43,706 nucleotides of DNA from an uncultured Rickettsiales bacterium (GTDB lineage: Bacteria > Pseudomonadota > Alphaproteobacteria > Rickettsiales > Midichloriaceae), in assembly GCA_937996615.1 (NCBI GenBank), contig CALKVD010000042.1:1-43706 (forward strand), read 5' to 3'. Position 1 is the stretch's first letter. Each line of letters starts with the position of its first letter. The notes below the pieces were generated by a model, which was not told the DNA's origin, did no database searches, and saw nothing but the letters and a program-made list of their open reading frames with translations. Position numbers and translations under genes: made by a program. This document shows, in pieces, positions 26,549 to 36,037 of the stretch.

Positions 26549-27763
26549 TTATGTTTTTATTATCTCTAATGTTTTTAGCCTAGCTTCCTGGTCATAATCT
26601 AAAACATCTTGCACAGAATGAATTGCCTGATTTTTCCCTAGAAAAGCCTGCTCAGTAATTTCAAAAACTATTTCGCTAATATCTAAAAATTTTATTTTAT
26701 TCAAAAGAAATGCCTCAACTGCAATTTCATTAGCCGCGTTCATCGCAATTGGGACATAACAACCAGCTGAATATGCTTCGCGCGCAAGTTGTAAAAGCGG
26801 AAATCTTTTTGCGTCTTCTGTTTCAAAAGTAAGATTATGTATTTGAGCAAGATTAATATGCAAACTAGAAGCTAAGTGATCAAATTTATCTAACAAAGCT
26901 CCTTCAATTGGTATTGCCATATCGTTTGGGCTGGCACATAACATTGTGGTACCGTTCTGATATTCGACGATACCGTGAACGATCGACTGCCGATGAACCA
27001 AAACGCCAAGTTGATCCACTTTAAGATTAAATAACTTAGCTGCTTCAATAAGCTCCAACCCTTTGTTCATCATTGTTGCGGAATCTATACTGATCTTAGC
27101 TCCCATCGACCAAGTTGGGTGTTTTAGCGCCATCTTTGGAGTTACCTCCTTCATCTGTTCTAAAGAAAAATCCCAAAATGGACCACCGGATGCGGTAAGA
27201 ATAATTTTACTGATGTTTGTAGTATTAATTTCTCCATTTGAATCAAGTAATATTTTATAGATTGCGTTATGTTCTGAGTCAATTGGAATAATTTTAGTAT
27301 TATTCTTTTGAGCTAATCCCAAAACAAGATCTCCGGCGCAAACAATGCTTTCTTTATTTGCTAGAGCTAGGGTTTGACAATTAGGTATCGCAGCTAAGGT
27401 TGGTTTCAATCCTGCGATTCCTGTTATTGCTGAAATGCAAATATCATGTTTTGCCGATGCAATTTCCTCCAAAACTGCTTCTTGCCCTGACACAACCTTA
27501 GGTTTAAAAGTGTTTTTATATTCTTGTGACCTAGTGAAAAAAGAATCTATTCTCTGCTCAAGTTCTCCCTGTTTTGTTTGATCAAAAATAGCCACAGTAG
27601 AAGCTTGATATAAAACAGATCGTTTAGCTAACTTTTCAATATTATTGCCAAAAGAAACCAAAGTCTTAACTTCAAACTTTTCCCTATTTGCATCCAGAAC
27701 TTTAAAGGTACTATCTCCTATTGAGCCAGTCGCACCTAAAATCATTACAGATCGTTTCTCCAT
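26549..27763 (-). CDS. dxr: 1-deoxy-D-xylulose-5-phosphate reductoisomerase
   Basis: ILGATGSIGDST, LANKESIV, IPIDSEHNAI, LTASGGPF and HPTWSMGAKISIDSATMMNKGLE motifs. Confidence 0.92.
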   Translation of the reverse strand: MEKRSVMILGATGSIGDSTFKVLDANREKFEVKTLVSFGNNIEKLAKRSVLYQASTVAIFDQTKQGELEQRIDSFFTRSQEYKNTFKPKVVSGQEAVLEEIASAKHDICISAITGIAGLKPTLAAIPNCQTLALANKESIVCAGDLVLGLAQKNNTKIIPIDSEHNAIYKILLDSNGEINTTNISKIILTASGGPFWDFSLEQMKEVTPKMALKHPTWSMGAKISIDSATMMNKGLELIEAAKLFNLKVDQLGVLVHRQSIVHGIVEYQNGTTMLCASPNDMAIPIEGALLDKFDHLASSLHINLAQIHNLTFETEDAKRFPLLQLAREAYSAGCYVPIAMNAANEIAVEAFLLNKIKFLDISEIVFEITEQAFLGKNQAIHSVQDVLDYDQEARLKTLEIIKT

Positions 27764-27772
27764 TTTTGATCT

Positions 27773-28489
27773 CTAACCATTGACTCCATATACAACCAAG
27801 AGTGCGACAAACCAAGAAGCAGTCACTAAACCATCAAGCCTATCTAAAACACCCCCATGTCCTGGAATGATACTCCCACTATCCTTAACGCCAAAATGTC
27901 TCTTAAAAGCTGATTCAAGAAAATCACCAGCCTGGGATATAACAGCGACTAATGGTGCAACCCAGATGCCCTGTGTCATCATTTTAGGGCTATATCCAGA
28001 AATATACATTAAACAGAAACTAACAGCCATCGCACCAATGGCCCCACCAGCCAAACCACTCCAGGTTTTACTTGGACTAATCTTCGGAGCGATTTTTGGT
28101 CCGCCGATAGATAACCCGGCAAAATAAGCAAAGGTGTCGGTAGCCCAAACCATAAACAATAGCCACATAGTAATATAGTATCCACCCTCAACTGACCTGA
28201 GATAGATCAAACTCCAACAAAATAGCAAGACATATAATAACCCCAAAGAAAACCATTCTAATTTATCCAATAACTTGGATTTATTATTTTTTACTATTGT
28301 AATAATTTCGTACATCATTAAAACACCAACTAAAAAAACCCATAGCGCATATAACCAAGAACCATAATGAACTACATATAAAACTAGCGGAGCTAAAACC
28401 AACGCCGATATAATTCGCAAAACAAGATTGTGTTTAAAATTTGGATGTTGGCTAATTTTAAGAGGCGATTTTAAAATATCTTTTAACAT
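27773..28489 (-). CDS. cdsA: Phosphatidate cytidylyltransferase
   Basis: Polytopic protein with the C-terminal signature SAFKRHFGVKDSGSIIPGHGGVLDRLDG. It lies 9 nt upstream of dxr (cdsA-dxr operon). Confidence 0.85.
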   Translation of the reverse strand: MLKDILKSPLKISQHPNFKHNLVLRIISALVLAPLVLYVVHYGSWLYALWVFLVGVLMMYEIITIVKNNKSKLLDKLEWFSLGLLYVLLFCWSLIYLRSVEGGYYITMWLLFMVWATDTFAYFAGLSIGGPKIAPKISPSKTWSGLAGGAIGAMAVSFCLMYISGYSPKMMTQGIWVAPLVAVISQAGDFLESAFKRHFGVKDSGSIIPGHGGVLDRLDGLVTASWFVALLVVYGVNG

Positions 28490-28553
28490 TATTATATTAT
28501 CTTTATATTACGTGTTTAATTTCTAATTGCTATTAAATTATGCTAGCATTTTG

Positions 28554-29837
28554 TTACTTTGACCTTTGCTTTTTCTTGATTAAATTTATCATGATTATCA
28601 TTACAATATTCATTGCAATAAACAAGGAAGAAGTAACCATTAAATAAAGCGGTGGACTATAGCGATCAATCTTATCAACCAAAAGCGTACATAGAAGCGG
28701 CGTCGTTCCCCCAAACACTGCATTCCCTAAGTTATAGCCAAGAGCAACCCCAGAATAACGTAACTCTGGCGGGAATAAACGCATTGCGTAGGGATAGAGT
28801 GGTGCTGCAATCAGTGCCGTTAGAAGGGATAGGCCAAATAAACCTTGGTATATCTCAAGCTTATTATGATATGGATTGCTAATCATCGAAAAAAGCGGAG
28901 TCGCCCAAAGAGCAATCCCGAACGCCGCAAACATCATCGTATTAGAATAACCAAGTCTGTCAGCAATATATCCAGATATTGGCAAAAACAAAACTAAAGT
29001 AATCAATGCAAAAATTGAATATATCATCCCTTCCTGTTCGGAATAGCCCATCACTTCAGAAAAAAATGCGTTGAGATATCCTCGAATCAAATAAGAAATC
29101 GAAACAACCGCGCCAGTCGTGATGATTAAAGATACAACTGCGAATTTTTTGCGTCGCAATACATCAAATAACGGTATTTTTTTCAAAGCTTTTTCATTTT
29201 TTAGACTTTGAAAAACCGGGCTCTCTTCGTTTTTATGGCGAAAATATGCTCCAACCAAACCCATTAAAGCCCCGAGAGCGAATCCATATCTCCAGGTTAT
29301 TGGGTCCAACCCCAGTAGCTGAATAATCAATAAACCAGTAACATTAGCTAAAAGCGTTCCTATTATATTTGACGACATTACTATACTACCGACCATGCTT
29401 AGCTTGCCGCTTTTGAGATGCTCCAAAATATAGATAGCTGACCCAGTTCCCTCTCCCCCGATACACAAACCTTGGACGAGCCGTATTACAACCAAGAGTA
29501 GTGGCGCCCAAATTCCAATTGTTTCATATGGTGGCAGCAAAGCAATGCCAATCGTTGCAACTGCCATTCCGATTATCGAAGTTCGAAGAGCCACTCTTCT
29601 GCCATATTTATCGCCAATATGGCCAAAAACCAAACCACCAATCGGCCTAATAAAAAAACCAATCGCAAAAATCAAAAAAGTTAATAGAAGCTGCATCCGC
29701 TCATTCTGTTGCGGGAAAAATAAATCCCCCATTATCGGAGCAAAAACAGCGTACATCCCAAAATCATAATATTCTACAATATTTCCGATAATGGTAGTTC
29801 CTATTAGCTTTTTTTTATCATAAGATATACCAGACAT
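28554..29837 (-). CDS. MFS transporter, ProP (proline/betaine)-like
   Basis: 12-TM MFS protein with GHIGDKYGRRVAL (MFS signature loop 2-3) and an N-terminus IGNIVEYYDFGMYA typical of the ProP/MHS subfamily. Confidence 0.75.
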   Translation of the reverse strand: MSGISYDKKKLIGTTIIGNIVEYYDFGMYAVFAPIMGDLFFPQQNERMQLLLTFLIFAIGFFIRPIGGLVFGHIGDKYGRRVALRTSIIGMAVATIGIALLPPYETIGIWAPLLLVVIRLVQGLCIGGEGTGSAIYILEHLKSGKLSMVGSIVMSSNIIGTLLANVTGLLIIQLLGLDPITWRYGFALGALMGLVGAYFRHKNEESPVFQSLKNEKALKKIPLFDVLRRKKFAVVSLIITTGAVVSISYLIRGYLNAFFSEVMGYSEQEGMIYSIFALITLVLFLPISGYIADRLGYSNTMMFAAFGIALWATPLFSMISNPYHNKLEIYQGLFGLSLLTALIAAPLYPYAMRLFPPELRYSGVALGYNLGNAVFGGTTPLLCTLLVDKIDRYSPPLYLMVTSSLFIAMNIVMIIMINLIKKKQRSK

Positions 29838-29989
29838 AACTTTGTAATGTTAATTGTTTTTTATATTGTTAATTTGTTTCTTATTTACTATTATAAATAG
29901 CTTTAACTCAGAAGTATACAAATAGTCAATTTGGGAGTATAATAACTTCACTCAAACAATATAAAATCAATATTTATAACTCAGGAAGT

Positions 29990-31630
29990 ATGTCTAACAA
30001 AAATATTTATTTAAATAGCAAAGCATGGCCATTTGTTGAAGCAAAAGCCTTGCTTCAAAGAGTTGAGACACGAATTCAGAACAGCTCCGACCCTAATGAT
30101 AGAATCGTCCGGTTTGAGACTGGCTATGGACCTTCTGGCTTGCCCCATATTGGAACTTTTGGCGAGGTTGCTAGAACAACGATGGTCAGAAATGCGTTTC
30201 GCGCTATTTCTGATTTGCCAACCAAGCTGATATGTATTTCTGACGACATGGATGGAATGCGCAAAATTCCCGATACAATCCCGAACAAATCAGAATACCT
30301 TCAATATATGGACCAGCCATTGTCAAAAATCCCAGACCCTTTTAAAACAAATTCTAGCTTCGGCGCAAACATGAACGCGAGACTTCGCAAATTCCTTGAC
30401 CATTTTGGTTTTGATTATGATTTCTATAGTGCCAGCGAATGTTACCAAAACGGAACCTTCAACCAAGGGTTGCAGCTAGTTCTGAAGCATTATGACGAAA
30501 TTATGGATATAATGCTACCGACTTTGGGCGAAGAAAGACAACAAACCTATAGCCCGTTTCTTCCAGTATGCAAAAAAACCGGCAAAGTTCTCCAAGTTCC
30601 AATCCAAGAACGAGATCTTGCAAAAAATATGATCAGCTATAAGGATCCTGAAACAAACCAAACAATCGAAACCTCAATTTTAGACGGTAACTGCAAACTC
30701 CAATGGAAAGTGGATTTTGGTATGCGTTGGGCGATTTTCAAAATCGATTTTGAAATGTATGGCAAAGATCACTTGGTTAATGGTAAAATATATAGTGCAA
30801 TCTGCAAAGCAATAGGAGGAAATCCCCCACAACAGATGTTTTTTGAACTTTTTCTCGATCATGAAGGTAAAAAGATTTCTAAATCCAAGGGAAATGGCTT
30901 AACAATTGACGAATGGCTAAGGTATGCCCCGCAAGAAAGTTTAGCTCTATTTATGTATAATTCACCACAAAAAGCTAAAAAATTATATTTTGACGTCATC
31001 CCAAAAGCCGTCGACGAGTACTTGCAACACCTCCATAGCTACCATAGCGACAGCGACGAAGCCAAACGGGTCAACAATCCAGTGTTCCATATTCATGCCG
31101 GCAAGCCTCCAATTGTTGCTTCCCGAATCACTTATAGCCTGATCCTAAACCTTGTTAGCGCTTGTAACACTGATAATCCTGAAGTTATTTGGGGATATAT
31201 CGGAAAGCTTTTTACTAAAGCCGATGCCAAATCTGATACTAAAGCTGATGCCGAAGCAATTTCAAATCATCGGCCCAACGGTTGCCCATTCCTCGAATCT
31301 ATTGTCCAAGGCGCAATCAGATATTACCAAGAACATATTAAACCATATAAAAAGTATCGCTCTCCTTCACAAACAGAAAAATCAGCGCTAAAAGATCTGC
31401 GAACTGAACTAAATTTAGCACAAAACAGTAAATTCATCGACTTTGCTGAGGAGATGCAAAATTTAGTTTATACTGTGGCACAAAAGCATCAAATCGAAGT
31501 TAAGGATTGGTTCAAGGCTTTATATGAAATTCTTTTGGGGGCAGAAAGCGGCCCCCGCTTTGGCTCTTTTATTGCGCTATATGGAATCTCTGATACGATC
31601 AAATTAATAGATAACGTGATAGCCGAATGA
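29990..31630 (+). CDS. lysK: Lysyl-tRNA synthetase, class I
   Basis: FETGYGPSGLPHIGTFGEVAR (HIGH-like) and KISKSKGNG (KMSKS). The 546-aa class-I architecture is typical of alphaproteobacteria. Confidence 0.9.
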   Translation: MSNKNIYLNSKAWPFVEAKALLQRVETRIQNSSDPNDRIVRFETGYGPSGLPHIGTFGEVARTTMVRNAFRAISDLPTKLICISDDMDGMRKIPDTIPNKSEYLQYMDQPLSKIPDPFKTNSSFGANMNARLRKFLDHFGFDYDFYSASECYQNGTFNQGLQLVLKHYDEIMDIMLPTLGEERQQTYSPFLPVCKKTGKVLQVPIQERDLAKNMISYKDPETNQTIETSILDGNCKLQWKVDFGMRWAIFKIDFEMYGKDHLVNGKIYSAICKAIGGNPPQQMFFELFLDHEGKKISKSKGNGLTIDEWLRYAPQESLALFMYNSPQKAKKLYFDVIPKAVDEYLQHLHSYHSDSDEAKRVNNPVFHIHAGKPPIVASRITYSLILNLVSACNTDNPEVIWGYIGKLFTKADAKSDTKADAEAISNHRPNGCPFLESIVQGAIRYYQEHIKPYKKYRSPSQTEKSALKDLRTELNLAQNSKFIDFAEEMQNLVYTVAQKHQIEVKDWFKALYEILLGAESGPRFGSFIALYGISDTIKLIDNVIAE

Positions 31631-31633
31631 CGT

Positions 31634-31932
31634 TATAGTAAATTAAGTCGGGTTTGCTTATAGAATAATAATCTCCAGAATCTTTAGCTAGGGCTGTTGC
31701 GAGACGGAGGTTAGTAGAAGTTCGGAGAATGCACGGGGCGCCTAAAACCCGGGGTTTACTCTGAGGTATATGAGGATTTGAGGGCGGATATTTTGAGCAG
31801 CGAAATTACCCCAAAATTTCATTTCGCAACAGCACCAAGCTGCATAATTATTAGCATTTCTGAAAATATTAATATAGTAACCTAGATTTTAATACAATAT
31901 TTTATATGCAAATTTCGACCTAATTTACTATA
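31634..31932 (+). mobile_element. MITE-like palindromic element, copy B (~295 bp plus flanking TA), beginning 3 nt after the lysK stop codon
   Basis: Terminal inverted repeats TAGTAAATTAAGTCG (31636-31650) and CGACCTAATTTACTA (31916-31930) match at 14 of 15 positions. TA lies on both sides (31634-35 and 31931-32). An internal stem pairs GCTGTTGCGAGACGG with TCATTTCGCAACAGC. No ORF. Confidence 0.7.
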
Positions 31933-31999
31933 ACCTCCGTTTTGCCTCCGCCCCCAAAGATATCACAAAACCTGTCATACCCAGATAAAACTTACCGCT

Positions 32000-32023
32000 T
32001 TTATACCAGTTCAGCTATAAAAT
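32000..32023. repeat. Copy of the conserved ~24-nt gene-end motif (+ strand TTTTATACCAGTTCAGCTATAAAA)
   Basis: See 18071-18094. This copy lies 12 nt downstream of the stop codon of the minus-strand gene 32036-32659. Confidence 0.55.
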
Positions 32024-32035
32024 ATCACCACAATT

Positions 32036-32659
32036 TTATAATATCCATAAATCAGGAAACTTGGTACAAACCGCGTCTATCTCTTTGTTGCCTAAAAAAG
32101 TGCGGAGAGTATTGATTGATTCAGGGCTATGTTGTTGCAACTCTGGCGACACCAAACAAATTTTAAAACCAGCGTCTTTGAGGGAGCTATATGCCGAATC
32201 TGATAAAGGTAGGTGGGTAAAATAATCAACCCACACCCATTTTGCCATCCCACTAAAAGCCAAAGCATATTCTATTGGTTCAAATTCAGAAAAACGAACG
32301 GCTAAATTTTCTGGACCAAATTCTGGTAGATTTTGAATTGCTTTACGAGCATATTTAACAAAATATGGCATTGATAAATCTAAAAAAAACCAGTTTTTAA
32401 CTGAAAATTTTTGCATTATTTTGATACATTGTTCCTCAATTCCTTCGGTTTTTAGATTAAGAATTAACGGCCCATTATGCTGCCAGTGGTGCAACCAATC
32501 TTCAAGAGTTACAAGCGGCGAAGTAAGGTGATGCCCCAGGGGATCATGGTCTATTATTAGCATATCATTATGATAGCGTATATCTATCTCAGCACCAAAT
32601 TGAATTGGTAGGTCTCTGAGTTGTTCTACTGTATTAATACGGTGCTTGATTATTTGCAT
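32036..32659 (-). CDS. Glycerophosphodiester phosphodiesterase (GDPD/PLC-like TIM barrel) family protein, short form
   Basis: The N-terminus IIKHRINTVEQL....GAEIDIRYHNDMLIIDHD resembles the GDPD His/Arg/Glu/Asp active-site pattern. The assignment rests on motif memory only. Confidence 0.45.
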   Translation of the reverse strand: MQIIKHRINTVEQLRDLPIQFGAEIDIRYHNDMLIIDHDPLGHHLTSPLVTLEDWLHHWQHNGPLILNLKTEGIEEQCIKIMQKFSVKNWFFLDLSMPYFVKYARKAIQNLPEFGPENLAVRFSEFEPIEYALAFSGMAKWVWVDYFTHLPLSDSAYSSLKDAGFKICLVSPELQQHSPESINTLRTFLGNKEIDAVCTKFPDLWIL

Positions 32660-32750
32660 AGTACAGCTTGATTAAAAATTTTGTTTTTGGCCTAATATTG
32701 AGTTGATCTTAATATTGAACATTGCCTATACTAATATATTAATATATTTT

Positions 32751-33716
32751 TTATTCCACAGGAAGTAATTCTGGCGGTAATCTGAAAAATATATTTTCGT
32801 CAATACCTTCAATTTCTTCGAGTGTTGTATTATATTTGCCAACAAAATATTCCACCACCTGTTCAACCAATAGCTCTGGCGCCGATGCTCCAGCAGTAAT
32901 TCCAATTTTTTTTATTCCTTCCAACCACTCTTCTTTAATATCTGCTGTGGAATCAATTAGATAGGAATCAACCCCTGAAGCTTGAGCTATATCACGCAAT
33001 CTGTTGGAATTTGAGCTATTATTCGAACCTATAACCAGAATCAAATCAACATTATCAGCTAAAAACTTTACTGCATTTTGTCGATTTTGGGTTGCGTAGC
33101 AAATATCACGTAACTCAGGCCCTAAAACATCAGCAAAGCGTTGGTAAATTTTATCAACTATCTGTTTAGTATCGTCAACACTAAGGGTAGTTTGAGTAAC
33201 ATACCCAATCGGAGCGGATTCTGGAAGATCGATTAAATCAACGTCTTCAACAGATTGCACAAGATATACCTTTCCTTTGATTCGTCCCATTGTACCTTGG
33301 GTTTCTGGATGATTCTGATGTCCAACTAGGATCATAGTGCGGCCTTCGCTATCATATTTAATAGCGCGATTATGAACTTTTTTCACCAGAGGGCAGGTTG
33401 CGTCTATTACCCTTAGACCAGTTTTTTTAGCTTCATCTTCCACCGAGTCCGAAACACCATGGGCAGAAAAAATAGCAATTGCCGAGGTTGGAACTTCGTT
33501 TAATTCTTTAACAAAAATTGCTCCCATTTGACGCAACCTATCGACGACATACTTGTTATGCACAATTTCGTGCCTAACATATATCGGTGCTCCATGTTTC
33601 TCCAAAGCACGTTCGACAATTTGGATGGCGCGTTCAACTCCAGCGCAAAATCCGCGAGGCTTTGCAAGAAAAAGATGTATTTTCTGTTTTTTTATATTTT
33701 TTCCATTATTTTCCAT
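32751..33716 (-). CDS. ispH: 4-hydroxy-3-methylbut-2-enyl diphosphate reductase
   Basis: PRGFCAGVERAI, RHEIVHN, ATCPLV, HPE and NSSNSNRL motifs. Confidence 0.92.
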   Translation of the reverse strand: MENNGKNIKKQKIHLFLAKPRGFCAGVERAIQIVERALEKHGAPIYVRHEIVHNKYVVDRLRQMGAIFVKELNEVPTSAIAIFSAHGVSDSVEDEAKKTGLRVIDATCPLVKKVHNRAIKYDSEGRTMILVGHQNHPETQGTMGRIKGKVYLVQSVEDVDLIDLPESAPIGYVTQTTLSVDDTKQIVDKIYQRFADVLGPELRDICYATQNRQNAVKFLADNVDLILVIGSNNSSNSNRLRDIAQASGVDSYLIDSTADIKEEWLEGIKKIGITAGASAPELLVEQVVEYFVGKYNTTLEEIEGIDENIFFRLPPELLPVE

Positions 33717-33838
33717 TATTTATACTGTTATCATCTTACAATTTGATATATTTATTATGATAAAGCAGCTAATACTGCCATACAAAAAACAACTTAACTC
33801 CAAAATTGATTTCTTCAGTAACTACTCACATATATCTA

Positions 33839-34441
33839 TTATGAAATTGGTCCTATTTGTCTATTTATTTTCGCATAATCAGGAGCAATTAACGAAAACA
33901 GTGTTATATCCTCAGGTTTTTTGTTTATTATTCGATACCCTCGCAAAATTCCCTCATGTTCAAAGCCAATTTTACGTAAAATAGCTTGTGATTTTTCGTT
34001 TTTCACCATTGTCCTAGCCTCGATTCGATATGCCTGCATTTTGTTAAAGGCCAGTTTGAACACTTCAGTCAGTACCCCAGTCATGATTCCCTGGCGCCAA
34101 TATTGGGGCATGAGATCATAGCTAACTTCCAAACGCCTATTGTGAAAATTCCAGCCAACAAATCCAACTGTTCCTATTAGGTTGTCAGTTTCTTTGTCAG
34201 CAATTGCCCAAAATATGGAGCGCTTTTGGTAAAACAATCCGCCCCAAAATTTAACATCTTTCAGCGCTTCGTCCACTGATTTTGGTACATCTTCATCAGA
34301 TAAATATTCGCTGACTTCTGGAAAGTTATACAGGTTAAAATAATTTTCTGCATCCTTAAGTTGCAAATCGCGCAAAACAACTTTATCAAGAGTAAAACTG
34401 GGGAATTTACTAAAAAAATTATGCAATCCTGGGTTTTTCAT
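33839..34441 (-). CDS. GNAT family N-acetyltransferase (RimJ/RimL-like)
   Basis: Acetyltransf_3-like layout: LRDLQLKDAENYF..., WAIADKETDNLIGTVGF, YWRQGIMT (Q/RxxGxG/A-like) and SQAILRKIGFEHEG. Confidence 0.75.
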   Translation of the reverse strand: MKNPGLHNFFSKFPSFTLDKVVLRDLQLKDAENYFNLYNFPEVSEYLSDEDVPKSVDEALKDVKFWGGLFYQKRSIFWAIADKETDNLIGTVGFVGWNFHNRRLEVSYDLMPQYWRQGIMTGVLTEVFKLAFNKMQAYRIEARTMVKNEKSQAILRKIGFEHEGILRGYRIINKKPEDITLFSLIAPDYAKINRQIGPIS

Positions 34442-34531
34442 ATTATTTAGTTATTTTTTATATTCAATTTTAATATATTATTCATGTTGGTATATTATTT
34501 AATAATAAATTGATCCACCAATGCAACTAAT

Positions 34532-35845
34532 TTATAAAATAAATTTACTCATATCCGTGTCTAAATGAATCAAAGCGTCTAGGTGATTGATGACATATGA
34601 TTCGTCGATCACCACCTTGGTGTTAGGCAATTCTGGAGCTGTAAAACTAATCGCTTCTAGAAGCTTTTCCATAATAGTATGCAACCTCCTAGCCCCTATA
34701 TTCTCCACTCTTTCGTTCATTTCAGTTGCAAATTTCGCTATCTTTCTGATACCATCTTCGCTAAATTCGAGATCAACCTTTTCAACTCCTAGCATTGCTT
34801 TATACTGATTCAACAGATTGTGGCTAGGTTCGGTTAAAATTCTAACCAAATCTTCCTCGGTTAATGGCTTTAATTCAACTCTGACTGGCAATCTTCCTTG
34901 CAATTCAGGCAGCAAATCCGACGGTTTGGCGAGGTGGAATGCGCCGGAAGCTATAAACAATATGTGATTAGTTTTGATAGGGCCATATTTTGTTGTCACA
35001 ACAGTCCCTTCAATCAGAGGTAATAAATCGCGCTGAACCCCTTCTCTGCTAACTTCTGCTCTGCCGCCACCGCTGTTCGACCTACTTGCGATCTTATCTA
35101 TTTCGTCAATAAAGACAATTCCATCTTGCTCAACGGTTTGGATTGTTTTTCTAGTCACCTGCTCATCATCTATCAGCTTGTCGCTTTCTTCAGCAACAAT
35201 TTGGTTATATGCGTCAGTAACTGTAGCACGAATAGTTTTGGTACGCTTGCCAGCAAAAGCTTTACCAAACATTTCGGTCATATTAATCATTCCAAGTTGC
35301 CCTCCTGGTATGTCCATAGTGTGCATAGGCGATTGACTAGCTTCTAGCACCTCAATCTCTATTTCGCTTGAATCAAGTTCATGATTACGCAGTTTACGCA
35401 AAAATCTTTGTCTTGTTTCTTCGCTGGCATCAACCCCAACTAGAGAATCCAAAATCCTCTTTTCGGTTGCTGCTTGAGCTTTGACTTGAACAGCTTCACG
35501 CATGTTTTTCTTAATTTTGTTAAAAGCTATATCAGCCAGGTCGCGAATAATTGAATCTACATCACGACCAACATAACCTATTTCAGTGAATTTTGTTGCT
35601 TCAACCTTAATAAAAGGTGAATTGGTCATTTTGGCAATTCGTCTTGCTATTTCGGTTTTACCAACTCCAGTCGGGCCAATCATGAGAATATTATGCGGCA
35701 CAATTTCATCTCTAATTTCATCAGCAACTAATTTACGACGCCAACGATTTCTTAAGGCATTTGCAACAGCTTTTTTAGCATCATCCTGCCCTACTACAAA
35801 TAAACTTAAGGTTGATACTATTTCTTTTGGCGTTAGTGCAAACAT
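34532..35845 (-). CDS. hslU: ATP-dependent protease ATPase subunit HslU
   Basis: TPKEIVSTLSLFVVGQDDAKKAVA, GPTGVGKTEIARR, IVFIDEIDKI, and the AAA+ sensor and C-terminal region. Confidence 0.95.
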   Translation of the reverse strand: MFALTPKEIVSTLSLFVVGQDDAKKAVANALRNRWRRKLVADEIRDEIVPHNILMIGPTGVGKTEIARRIAKMTNSPFIKVEATKFTEIGYVGRDVDSIIRDLADIAFNKIKKNMREAVQVKAQAATEKRILDSLVGVDASEETRQRFLRKLRNHELDSSEIEIEVLEASQSPMHTMDIPGGQLGMINMTEMFGKAFAGKRTKTIRATVTDAYNQIVAEESDKLIDDEQVTRKTIQTVEQDGIVFIDEIDKIASRSNSGGGRAEVSREGVQRDLLPLIEGTVVTTKYGPIKTNHILFIASGAFHLAKPSDLLPELQGRLPVRVELKPLTEEDLVRILTEPSHNLLNQYKAMLGVEKVDLEFSEDGIRKIAKFATEMNERVENIGARRLHTIMEKLLEAISFTAPELPNTKVVIDESYVINHLDALIHLDTDMSKFIL

Positions 35846-35993
35846 ATCTTTATAAATGAATTAAATCGATTTTAGCTAAAAACTTTTCGCAAGATTTTTT
35901 GATTCTTGTTACTATTTATATTATTGGAGAATTTAAACATAATAGCAATTATTGTTATTAATATTGTTACTTAAATAATCCCAACAAAGTTAA

Positions 35994-36030
35994 CTTATAG
36001 CTACCAGCAAAAACTGCAAGCAGCTATAAG
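35994..36030 (-). terminator. Hairpin immediately downstream of dnaK (candidate intrinsic terminator)
   Basis: On the minus strand, 7 nt after the stop: CTTATAGCTGCTTGCAG-TTTTT-GCTGGTAGCTATAAG. There are 9 perfect outer base pairs plus partial inner pairing. The following sequence TTAACTTTGTTG is only moderately T-rich. Confidence 0.45.
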
Positions 36031-36037
36031 TTCCAAG

